Shown piece by piece: positions 55,981 to 64,000 of a DNA stretch of 64,000 bases. A program made the translations under genes and the position numbers. Source of the stretch: Campylobacterales bacterium (GTDB lineage: Bacteria > Campylobacterota > Campylobacteria > Campylobacterales > SZUA-545). Every line of letters begins with the position of its first letter. The first letter of the stretch is position 1. Below the pieces are notes generated by a model. The model was not told the DNA's origin. It saw only the letters and a program-made list of their open reading frames with translations, and searched no databases. The DNA lies in the NCBI GenBank assembly GCA_050297855.1, contig JBNKTC010000009.1:9221-73220 (forward strand). The letters run 5' to 3'.

Positions 55981-56947
55981 AAAAGAGTTCGATGCCCTGC
56001 TGGCAAACGGGGCGATGCCCAAATCCCTGATGCTCTTCGGGGAGTCCCACTACTTCGTGGACACCTACGCCAAGGCGGCCCTGGAGAAGCTTCCCGAGAA
56101 CAGCTCGGTCCTCAAGATGTACTACCAGGACTACGACGCCAAAACGGCCCTCTCGCACCTCCAGAACGGCTCGCTCTTCGACGACGCCAATATCCTGATC
56201 ATCCAGACGGACAAGAAGATCCCCAAAAAGGAGCTCGACCCCATCGTCGAGAGCGCGGCCAAAAACGAGAACAGCTTCTTCCTTCTCAAGTACTTCGCCC
56301 CCGATGCGCGGGATAAACAGAAGATCTTTACGAAAAAGAACAGCGCCGACTTCGTCCGCTTTTTTGCGCCCCAGGCCTACGAGGCGATCGCCGTCCTCAA
56401 AAGCCACGCGTCGCGCTTAGGCGTGAAGATCTCCGAACACGCCCTCAGCCACATCCTGACCGTCAACCACAACAACCTCGAGCTCTCCGTCAACGAACTC
56501 GAAAAGCTCGCCGTCCACGACGGGGAGATCGATATCAAGACGATCGACAAGGTGATCAAGGGAAGCGGCGAGATCGATCTGAACGACTTCTTTAACGATA
56601 TCCTGAACAAAAAGAACATTGCCCGCTCCCTGGAGCTGCTCCTGGAGCGCGGCGAAGAGGAGATCCGTATCCTGACCGCTTTCCAGAGTTACGTGGTGCA
56701 GCTGATGATGTTTACGATGTCGGCCAAGATCACGGGGCGCATCGACAGCAAAGAGGTGCTGGGCTACAAGCTTCCCCCGCAGCTGGAGCAGCAGCGCGGC
56801 AACATGGCCGTCCGCCTCAACGCCAAGGTCTACCATTCGCTCCTCTCCGCCCTGCAGGAGTGCGAGTACCTGATCAAGACCTCACAGGGAGATAAAAAAT
56901 CCCTTCTCTTTTCAACCTTAATAAAAATACAAACAAAAATAGTATAA
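55973..56947 (+). CDS. holA: DNA polymerase III delta subunit-like
   Basis: 324 aa, TTG start overlapping the rnr end. The position between rnr and rpsF matches the H. pylori HP1248-HP1244 order as I recall it. Weak delta-subunit pattern (LMLFGESHYF). Confidence 0.65.
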   Translation: MYKKEFDALLANGAMPKSLMLFGESHYFVDTYAKAALEKLPENSSVLKMYYQDYDAKTALSHLQNGSLFDDANILIIQTDKKIPKKELDPIVESAAKNENSFFLLKYFAPDARDKQKIFTKKNSADFVRFFAPQAYEAIAVLKSHASRLGVKISEHALSHILTVNHNNLELSVNELEKLAVHDGEIDIKTIDKVIKGSGEIDLNDFFNDILNKKNIARSLELLLERGEEEIRILTAFQSYVVQLMMFTMSAKITGRIDSKEVLGYKLPPQLEQQRGNMAVRLNAKVYHSLLSALQECEYLIKTSQGDKKSLLFSTLIKIQTKIV

Positions 56948-57045
56948 AATTCCGCGTTTTGTACTAAAAGCGTGCCTTTTCGTACTCAAAAAACATTCCT
57001 TGCTCTTGGAACTAAAAAGGGCTATACATCCATAAGGAGTCACAT

Positions 57046-57546
57046 TTGATTAGAAAATACGAAACGATGTTTATCGTTAAGCCAACACTGACAGAAGATG
57101 AGATCAAAGCACGGATCGAATTCGTCAAAGATACCCTGACAAAACAGGGCGCAGACATCAAAGCTGTCGAAGACATGGGTATGCGAGACCTTGCATACAA
57201 CATCGAAAAGAATGCACGCGGTTACTACACCGTCATCTACTTCACAGCCGAAGCGGCTGCGATCAAAGAACTTGAGCGTGTCTACGGGATTACCGAAGAT
57301 ATCATCCGGTTCAATGTTGTTAAATATGAAAAACAGGTTGAAGTGGCAGCGTGGGAAAACATGGTGAAAAAAGCACTGGGTCAGCCGGTTGAAGAGAAAA
57401 AACTGAGCTACGGACCACGAGGTGACAGAAAACCACGATTCGACCGCGACAGAGGTGAGCGAAAACCTTACCAAAAACGTGACGACAAACCTAGAGAACC
57501 TAGAGAAGAGAAAAAAGAAGAGAAAACTGAAAGCAACGAAGGCTAA
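57046..57546 (+). CDS. rpsF: 30S ribosomal protein S6 (with long charged C-terminal tail)
   Basis: TTG start after AAGGAG. MIRKYETMFIVKPTLTEDE...GMRDLAYNIEKNARGYY. Confidence 0.93.
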   Translation: MIRKYETMFIVKPTLTEDEIKARIEFVKDTLTKQGADIKAVEDMGMRDLAYNIEKNARGYYTVIYFTAEAAAIKELERVYGITEDIIRFNVVKYEKQVEVAAWENMVKKALGQPVEEKKLSYGPRGDRKPRFDRDRGERKPYQKRDDKPREPREEKKEEKTESNEG

Positions 57547-57548
57547 AG

Positions 57549-58043
57549 ATGTTTAACAAAGTAATATTGATCGGCAACCTGACACGCGACGTTGAGCTCC
57601 GTTACACAGGCAGCGGTTCGGCAGTGGCCAAATTCGGCCTGGCAGTGAACAGAACCTGGAAAGACAGAAACTCAGGCGAAAAGCGCGAAGAGGTCTGCTA
57701 TGTCGATATTAACATCTTCGGGCGCTCCGCAGAGATCGCCAACCAGCACCTGGGCAAAGGACGACGGGTCCTCATCGAGGGACGCCTTGTCTTTGAACAG
57801 TGGCAGGATCAAAACGGCCAGAAGCGAAGCAGACACAGTATCTCGGCAGAAAGCTTCCAATTCCTCGACGCACGGGGCGAAGGCGGAAACGGTATGGGCG
57901 GCGGCTACAACAATCAGCAAAATGATTACGGCCAGCGCAACAGTGCCCCGCAAAACGACTCGCCGTTCGATATGGACAGCGGCAACAACAGCAGCTCAAA
58001 CATGGGCAACATTGACATCGACGACGATGATATTCCATTCTAA
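57549..58043 (+). CDS. ssb: Single-stranded DNA-binding protein
   Basis: MFNKVILIGNLTRDVELRYT.SG.AVAKFGLAVNR..., Gly/Asn/Gln-rich linker, acidic tip DIDDDDIPF. Confidence 0.96.
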   Translation: MFNKVILIGNLTRDVELRYTGSGSAVAKFGLAVNRTWKDRNSGEKREEVCYVDINIFGRSAEIANQHLGKGRRVLIEGRLVFEQWQDQNGQKRSRHSISAESFQFLDARGEGGNGMGGGYNNQQNDYGQRNSAPQNDSPFDMDSGNNSSSNMGNIDIDDDDIPF

Positions 58044-58058
58044 AGAAGGTAAATTAAA

Positions 58059-58331
58059 ATGGCAGAACGCGTAAAATATATCAAACGACACTGTAAATAT
58101 ACAGAAGCTAAAATCGACTTTATCGATTACAAAGACCTGAGCCTCCTGAAACACTCCCTTTCAGAGAGATTCAAAATCATGCCAAGACGTCTGACTGGTA
58201 ACTCCAAAGACGCTCAGGACATGGTAAAGATCGCGATCAAACGTGCGCGACACATGGCTCTGATCCCTTACATCGTAGACGGCAAAAAAGTCACGAACGA
58301 TTTCTGGGAAAAAGCTCAGAATAAAAAATAA
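58059..58331 (+). CDS. rpsR: 30S ribosomal protein S18
   Basis: 90 aa. ...[50 protein letters not shown]. Confidence 0.93.
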   Translation: MAERVKYIKRHCKYTEAKIDFIDYKDLSLLKHSLSERFKIMPRRLTGNSKDAQDMVKIAIKRARHMALIPYIVDGKKVTNDFWEKAQNKK

Positions 58332-58432
58332 TTAGACCTAGTCTAATCCTCTGCCGCTTTTAGCGGCCAGCGTAGCTAGGGGGGCTTTGTCCTCGCTAGC
58401 TGCGAAATTTCATGCTCCCCTAGCGTTCTTCA

Positions 58433-59053
58433 CTAAATAAAATTCAAAACTTCCGACAGATCTTTTTTATCCACGATGATATTGGCCTCGGCCTTTAGCA
58501 CCTTGTGCGCGCAGAATGCGACTTTTTTCCCCGCATGCTTGAACATACTCCGGTCGTTGGCCCCGTCGCCGATCACCATCGTATCTGCTTCGCCAACACC
58601 CAGGATCGACTGGATACGTGTCAGCATATCGCCTTTGGAGAAGTCAAACATCATATCACCACCCACCAGGCCTGTCAGTACCCCGTCTTTATGGTGAAGG
58701 ATATTGGAAAAGTCGGCATCCAGCCCGAACTTCTCCGTCGCACGCGACGTGGCGTTACGGAAACCGCCGGAAAAGACCATCACCTTGTACCCTTTTTCCT
58801 TCAGTCCAGCGATCAGGGTCTCGGCTCCGGGCATATAGGGAAGATTGGCACAGACGTCATCGACCTTTTTATAATCGATCCCCTTTAAAAGCCCTACCCG
58901 TTTTGTCAATGATTCAAAAAAATCCAGCTGCCCTTCCATCGCCTGGGCGGTGATCTCTGCCACCTGGTCCTTGATCCCCGCCAGCTCGGCGATCTGGTCG
59001 ATCGTCTCCCCGTCCATCAGGGTGGAATCGAAATCCATTACACATAATTTCAT
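58433..59053 (-). CDS. serB: Phosphoserine phosphatase (HAD family)
   Basis: LCVMDFDSTLMDGETID (DxDST), VFSGGF, IGDGANDRSM. Confidence 0.85.
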   Translation of the reverse strand: MKLCVMDFDSTLMDGETIDQIAELAGIKDQVAEITAQAMEGQLDFFESLTKRVGLLKGIDYKKVDDVCANLPYMPGAETLIAGLKEKGYKVMVFSGGFRNATSRATEKFGLDADFSNILHHKDGVLTGLVGGDMMFDFSKGDMLTRIQSILGVGEADTMVIGDGANDRSMFKHAGKKVAFCAHKVLKAEANIIVDKKDLSEVLNFI

Positions 59054-59246
59054 CTATAACCTTTAATGGTATAATTCTATATTTATTACGCAAGGCCGCT
59101 ATGGCGCATGCTGCGAAGCGAAATTGCGCAACGTAGTGAGCCCAAAAGCTAGCCACTTTCGTGGCAGAGAACTTCCTTCACAACTTTTTTCTGAAAGAAG
59201 TCTATTTTACAAACGTAATTATATCCAGTCAACAATAAGGCGGCGA

Positions 59247-60161
59247 ATGTTCGAAAAGCTGATAGAAAAACTAAAAAACGATACCTATATCACCCTGGAG
59301 ACGACACCGGGCCACAGTGCGACGTTTCAGAATGTCATCGACAAGATCGAAAGCCTGGATATCGTCGACAAACTTGACGGGTTTACGACGACGGACAACC
59401 CCCTGGCCAAACTCAAATACAACGCCATCCTGGCTGCCATCAAGCTGCAGAGTGCGTTTAACAAACCGGCCATCGCCACGATGAGTATGCGGGATAAAAA
59501 CCTCCTTGCCCTCCAGTCGGACATCCTGGGAGCCAACGAGTTCGATGTCAGGAGCTTCCTGATGGTCACGGGCGACCCGGCCAAGATGAGCGACCAGCCC
59601 GATGTCAAGGGGGTCTTCGAAGCCGACAGTACGATGCTGCTCAATATCGTCAAGTACTTTAACGCCGGGATCGACTACGCGGGCAAACAGCTCAGCGTCG
59701 CGCCCAGACCGATCTACCCCTTCGCCGTCTCCAACGCCTACAGCAAAAACTTCAGGAATATCCAGAAGAAGATGCACAAAAAGATCGAAAACGGGGCGGT
59801 CGGCATCATCACCCAGCCGGTCTACAACATGGAAAACGCCTGCAAGCTGATCGAGATCTTCAACGAAGCCAAGAGCAGCTTCAGCGACGAACGCAAAGAG
59901 GCGCAGCTGATCCTGGGGCTCTTCCCCATCACACGGCTGAAAACGGCCCAGTTCCTCGCCTCGCATGTCCCCGGCATCCATGTGCCCAACGAGTGGGTCG
60001 ACCGCCTTTTTGAGGCCAATAAGATCTCCGAAGAGGAGGAGAAAAAGGTCGGGTCCGGTCTGAGTGTGGATATGTATAAATCGTTATTGAAAGAGCACCC
60101 GAAGGTGCATATTATGACGGCGAACCGGTTCGAGATCGCCAAGGAGCTGCTGGAGAGTTAA
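59247..60161 (+). CDS. metF: Methylenetetrahydrofolate reductase-like protein
   Basis: Track ORF from 59124. I prefer MFEKLIEKL at 59247. ...ITLETTPG..., TTTDNPLAK, LMVTGDP, ITQPVY resemble the MTHFR family. Confidence 0.65.
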   Translation: MFEKLIEKLKNDTYITLETTPGHSATFQNVIDKIESLDIVDKLDGFTTTDNPLAKLKYNAILAAIKLQSAFNKPAIATMSMRDKNLLALQSDILGANEFDVRSFLMVTGDPAKMSDQPDVKGVFEADSTMLLNIVKYFNAGIDYAGKQLSVAPRPIYPFAVSNAYSKNFRNIQKKMHKKIENGAVGIITQPVYNMENACKLIEIFNEAKSSFSDERKEAQLILGLFPITRLKTAQFLASHVPGIHVPNEWVDRLFEANKISEEEEKKVGSGLSVDMYKSLLKEHPKVHIMTANRFEIAKELLES

Positions 60162-60676
60162 GAGGCGGCTTCCTCGGCTCCCCGTTTTTTCAGCAGTGAG
60201 TCGACTTTGAGGATCGTGAGGATCTTGTCCTCTTTTTTACCGACACCGTAGATGTGGTTGTCCTCGTTGGCCATGTTTTCCGGGATCGGTTCGATATTGG
60301 ACTCTTTGATCCGCAGGGCTTCGGTCAGCTTGTCGATAATAAACCCGCTCACCTGGTCTTTGCTCTTAATGACGATAAATCGCGTCTCGTCCGTATACTT
60401 CTGCTTCGGATAGCCGAACTTCTGGCGCAGGTCGATGAGCGGGATGACGCTGCCGCGCAGGTTGAAGACCCCGATGACGTACGGAGGCGTGTGGGGGACC
60501 CGCGTACTCTCGATCGGTTTGATGATCTCCTGGATCGTCAGGATCGGCACGGCAAACTCTTCGTTGCCGACCATAAACCCGACCAGCTGGACGATATCGT
60601 CTTCAGCAGTCTCTTCGGGTGCGTTCTTCTGCTTCTGCTGGTTTTTAAGAACCTGTTTTAGTTTCTCGTTACTCAT
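60158..60676 (-). CDS. cheW: Chemotaxis coupling protein CheW
   Basis: 172 aa. QLVGFMVGNEEFAVPILTIQEII...VIGVFNLRGSVIPLIDLR. Confidence 0.93.
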   Translation of the reverse strand: MSNEKLKQVLKNQQKQKNAPEETAEDDIVQLVGFMVGNEEFAVPILTIQEIIKPIESTRVPHTPPYVIGVFNLRGSVIPLIDLRQKFGYPKQKYTDETRFIVIKSKDQVSGFIIDKLTEALRIKESNIEPIPENMANEDNHIYGVGKKEDKILTILKVDSLLKKRGAEEAAS

Positions 60677-63075
60677 GACGGCATCTCCACATTGTAGTTA
60701 ATATTTCGTTTGACAACATTCATCAGGTAATCCGGTGAATACGGCTTGGTGATATATTCGCTCATGCCGACCTCGACCCCGCGCATACGGTCGGTCTTGC
60801 TGGTTCGTGACGTGACCGCGATCAGCGGCAGGCTTCTGAAACGGCTGAACTGGCGGATCTCGTTAGCCAGTGTGTAGCCGTCCATCTTCGGCATCTCGAT
60901 GTCGATCAGCAGGGCATCAAAATCCTCGTCGCTCGATTTGACGATATTGAGCGCCTCCTGGCCGTCGGCCGCCTCCACGATCGTCACGCCAAGCGGTTCG
61001 ATCGATTTTTTCATGATCGTACGGTCCGTTTTACTGTCGTCGATCACCATGATGCGGTAGTCTTCGGGCTTCTCTTTTTTCTTCGCCCCTTTGCTGCTGC
61101 TGGTGTCTTTTCCGATACTGGATTTGACGCGCTTGGACATGTGCATCAATACACCCACGTCGGCGATCAGGGTGACGCGGCCGTCGCCCCGGATCGTCGC
61201 ACCGGCGATCCCTTCGATATCCTGGAGGTAGTCACCCAGGGATTTGATAACGATCTCCTCCTGGCCGACCAGCTCGTCGACGATAAGGCCGAGCTTCTGC
61301 TCGGCAAGGCCCAGGACGACGACATAGGTAAAGCCGCGCCCTTCCATCGTGGATTCGACCCCGAAGAGGTCGGAGAGTTTGACCAGGGAGAGGACCTCGT
61401 CACGCAGGCGCATGACCGATTTTCCTTCGACGGTATAAATATCGTACTCGGAGATACGGACCGTTTCGAGGACGGACGCCAGAGGGATCGCGTAGAACTC
61501 CTCCTGGACACCGACCATAAGGGCCTGGATGATCGCCAGGGTCAGCGGGATCTTCAGCTTGATGATGGAGCCCTTGCCCAGTTCGCTGTCAATATCGATG
61601 ATCCCGTTGAGTTTTTCGATGTTAGTCTTGACGACGTCCATACCCACACCCCGTCCGGAGACGTTGGTGACCTTGGCCGCTGTAGAGAAACCGGGACGGA
61701 AGATAAGGGCAAACGCCTCTTTGTCGCTCATCGTATCGGCTTCACGCTCGTTGATCAGGCCTTTTTCCAGGGCCTTGGACTTGAGCATGTCTACATCGAG
61801 CCCTTTCCCGTCATCCTGGATCTCGATGACGATGCTGTTACCTTCGTTGTAGGCTTTGAGGTTGACGATACCCAGTTCCGGTTTGCCTTTGGCCACACGG
61901 TCTTCGGGTGATTCGATCCCGTGGTCCGCGGAGTTACGGATGATGTGGACCAACGGATCGCCGATGACCTCGACGATGGACTTGTCCAGCTCCGTCTCTT
62001 CACCAGAGATGCGCAGTTCGATCTTCTTGCCCAGCTCCCTGGAGAGGTCGCGGATCATACGCGGGAACTTGTTGAAGACTTTACCGATGGCGAGCATCCG
62101 TGTCTTCATAACCGCCATCTGCAGGTCGGTCGTGACCATGGAGACGGAGGAGACGACCTGGTTCAGTTCTTCCAGGAACTGTTCCCCTTCGTAGCGCTCT
62201 TCGACATCGTCGTAGATCTTGAGCAGGCGGTTTTTCCCGAGGACAAGCTCCCCGATCAGGTTCATCAGGTGGTCCAGGCGGTTGACGTCGACCCGGATCG
62301 TCTGTTCGACTGTCGTGACGTGGGTCTCTTTCTGGTCCTTGTCGCTCGGTTCGGCTTTGGCTGCCGGTTTGGGCGCAGCGGGTTTAGGCGCTTCGGCAGC
62401 TGGCTTGGGCGCCTCGGGTTCCGGTGCGGGTGCCTCCTCTTTGGGGGCTTCGGCAGCCGGTGCCGGTTCGGCGGCGGCCTCGCCACCCTCTTCCGCTTTC
62501 TTCTCGGCACGGCGCTTGGCATCCTCTTCCTGGCGCTGTTTGAGAAGACGTTCGATCTCCGCCTCGACCTCGTCGTCGCTCATGTTGGCATAGTCGGGTT
62601 CCTCTTCGGCAGCGGCCTCTTCCGCCGGAGCCTCGGCTGCCGCAGGCGCTTCGGATGCAGCAGCTGCTGCCGCGTCGGGGGACTCCCCGCTGGAGATGGC
62701 GTCGAGTTTGACGACGACCGGTTCGATATCGATGCCCGCTTCCGTATCGTTTCCATTGTCACGGATGGAGCCGAGCAGGCCTTTCATCATATCGATGGAT
62801 TCCAGGACGACGTCCATGACCTCGGGTGAGATCTGAAGCTCGGCACGGCGCGCTTTGTTGAGGACGTCTTCCATGTGGTGAGTCAGTCTCGTTAGAATAT
62901 CAAAGTTTAGAAATGATGAAGACCCTTTGATCGTGTGTGCGACCCGGAAGATCCCGTTAAGCAGGTCCAGGTCATCCGGTCGTGATTCCAGCTCGACCAG
63001 GTCCTGGTCCAGCTGTTCGATCATCTCGAATGCTTCGATCAAAAAATCTTGGGTTAACTCCTGTAGTTCATCCAT
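60673..63075 (-). CDS. cheA: Chemotaxis histidine kinase CheA with C-terminal receiver (CheAY)
   Basis: 800 aa. HPt (FRVAHTIKGSS), Ala/Pro/Glu-rich linker, dimerisation and HATPase (NSADHGIE...GRGVGMDVV), CheW-like domain, receiver (MVIDDS...LIDIEMPKMDG...KP). Confidence 0.95.
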   Translation of the reverse strand: MDELQELTQDFLIEAFEMIEQLDQDLVELESRPDDLDLLNGIFRVAHTIKGSSSFLNFDILTRLTHHMEDVLNKARRAELQISPEVMDVVLESIDMMKGLLGSIRDNGNDTEAGIDIEPVVVKLDAISSGESPDAAAAAASEAPAAAEAPAEEAAAEEEPDYANMSDDEVEAEIERLLKQRQEEDAKRRAEKKAEEGGEAAAEPAPAAEAPKEEAPAPEPEAPKPAAEAPKPAAPKPAAKAEPSDKDQKETHVTTVEQTIRVDVNRLDHLMNLIGELVLGKNRLLKIYDDVEERYEGEQFLEELNQVVSSVSMVTTDLQMAVMKTRMLAIGKVFNKFPRMIRDLSRELGKKIELRISGEETELDKSIVEVIGDPLVHIIRNSADHGIESPEDRVAKGKPELGIVNLKAYNEGNSIVIEIQDDGKGLDVDMLKSKALEKGLINEREADTMSDKEAFALIFRPGFSTAAKVTNVSGRGVGMDVVKTNIEKLNGIIDIDSELGKGSIIKLKIPLTLAIIQALMVGVQEEFYAIPLASVLETVRISEYDIYTVEGKSVMRLRDEVLSLVKLSDLFGVESTMEGRGFTYVVVLGLAEQKLGLIVDELVGQEEIVIKSLGDYLQDIEGIAGATIRGDGRVTLIADVGVLMHMSKRVKSSIGKDTSSSKGAKKKEKPEDYRIMVIDDSKTDRTIMKKSIEPLGVTIVEAADGQEALNIVKSSDEDFDALLIDIEMPKMDGYTLANEIRQFSRFRSLPLIAVTSRTSKTDRMRGVEVGMSEYITKPYSPDYLMNVVKRNINYNVEMPS

Positions 63076-63090
63076 GACACGTTTCCTCTG

Positions 63091-64000
63091 TTAGTTTTTA
63101 ATATGGGCTTTTAGAATTTTGGCGATCTCCGGGTAGAAGACGCTGGCATCGAATTTCACAAGGTAGCCTTCTCCCCCTGCACTCTTACCGCGCATATCAC
63201 TGAAGTGATCGCTGATGGAAGAGTTGAATACGATCGGTATTTTGGCGAAACGCGGGTCTTCTTTGACCTTGGCCGCGAAGTGGAACCCGTCCATCTTCGG
63301 CATCTCGACGTCGCTGATGATGATCTTGAGGTATTTGTCCAGGTCCTCGCCGTGGTGTTCGTAAAGGTCTTCCAGTTTTTTCAGACCGGTTTCACCGTCG
63401 GTGGCTTCGATCACTTCGAGTCCCATATGCTCAAGGGAGTCTTTGACGATCTTTCTGGCCGTCAGGCTGTCATCCAGCACCAGGGCTTTCCCGCTGAACT
63501 GCTCCAGTTCGATGTCGGGATTGATCTCCGGATGGTAGAGGCCGAGCTCCTGGACGATGGACTCGAAATCGAGGATCAGGAGGACGTCGTCGTTCTCTAT
63601 ACGGGTGACCCCTGTGATCTTGCTCTTGTCCAGGGCACCCTGGCCGGTGTTAAAGGAGGCGGGCTCGATATCGCTCCAATTGATACGGCGGATCCGTTTG
63701 GCTTCGTTGACGATAAAGCCGATCAGGATACCGTTGAACTCGGCGATGATGATCCGCTCTTTTTTCTTATACTCTTCGGGGACCTCGATGCTCATCCACT
63801 TGGCGAGGTTCACGACGGGGATCACGACGCCCCGCAGGTCGAAGATCCCTTCGATATATTCGGGGGAGCCGGGCAGTTCCGTCAGCTTCGGGATCTGGAT
63901 GATCTCACGGACTTTGGCGACATTGACACCGTAGATGCCCTCGTAGGTCGAATCTTTTACTTTTTTAAAAATACGAAAGTCGACAAGTTCCATCTCATTG
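63091..64000 (-). CDS. cheV: Chemotaxis protein CheV (CheW-like + receiver); N-terminus probably beyond window end
   Basis: MELVDFRIF...IFDLRGVVIPVVNL (CheW-like) plus VLDDS...IISDVEMPKMDG...K (REC). In-frame codons AAT GAG precede the ATG at 63993. From memory, C. jejuni CheV reads ...NEMELVDFRIF, so the true start likely lies upstream, outside the window. Confidence 0.9.
   Translation of the reverse strand, partial: NEMELVDFRIFKKVKDSTYEGIYGVNVAKVREIIQIPKLTELPGSPEYIEGIFDLRGVVIPVVNLAKWMSIEVPEEYKKKERIIIAEFNGILIGFIVNEAKRIRRINWSDIEPASFNTGQGALDKSKITGVTRIENDDVLLILDFESIVQELGLYHPEINPDIELEQFSGKALVLDDSLTARKIVKDSLEHMGLEVIEATDGETGLKKLEDLYEHHGEDLDKYLKIIISDVEMPKMDGFHFAAKVKEDPRFAKIPIVFNSSISDHFSDMRGKSAGGEGYLVKFDASVFYPEIAKILKAHIKN

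Overview
This 64-kb chromosomal window looks like a Campylobacterota (epsilonproteobacterial) genome of fairly high GC. My hand counts on sampled 60-nt lines give about 48-63% GC in core genes. Supporting gene content: an HP1043/HsrA-type atypical response regulator, an rnr-holA-rpsF-ssb-rpsR block and a cheV-cheA(Y)-cheW operon, as in Helicobacter/Campylobacter. I can support about 70 protein-coding genes. They include valS, hup, trpC, kdsB, ruvX, dprA, minDE, purC, ilvC, serB, a metF-like gene, glcD, dps and an aguB-like gene. Signalling genes are frequent: three GGDEF proteins, an HDOD protein, a Cache/CZB chemoreceptor and several receiver proteins. I also mark a few terminator-like hairpins. 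I saw no rRNA, tRNA, CRISPR array, transposase or integrase. The one clearly accessory stretch lies between purC and ilvC (about 44.7-52.0 kb). It holds a ParE-type toxin pseudogene with an intact antitoxin, an intact RelE-type TA pair, a small-membrane-protein/ICMT-methyltransferase pair and a small divergent HTH pair. It also holds a very AT-rich three-gene operon at 47795-51770 (hand counts 23-32% GC). That operon encodes a DUF4365-like PD-(D/E)xK-fold protein, a 562-aa protein with four N-terminal TM helices and no family I recognise, and a T5orf172/GIY-YIG-like protein. I consider it the best candidate for an undescribed anti-phage defence system. Other second-look items:
- a 21-bp direct repeat that duplicates a gene 3-prime end and brackets a one-gene methyltransferase cassette;
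- an orphan Topo-VIA/Spo11-type Toprim protein;
- a roughly 32-bp AT-rich element repeated just 3-prime of three unrelated small genes;
- a terminator-like hairpin in the porin leader;
- the phospho-acceptor-less HsrA homologue.
All family assignments were made by eye and from memory on the translated ORFs. No searches or computations were run.
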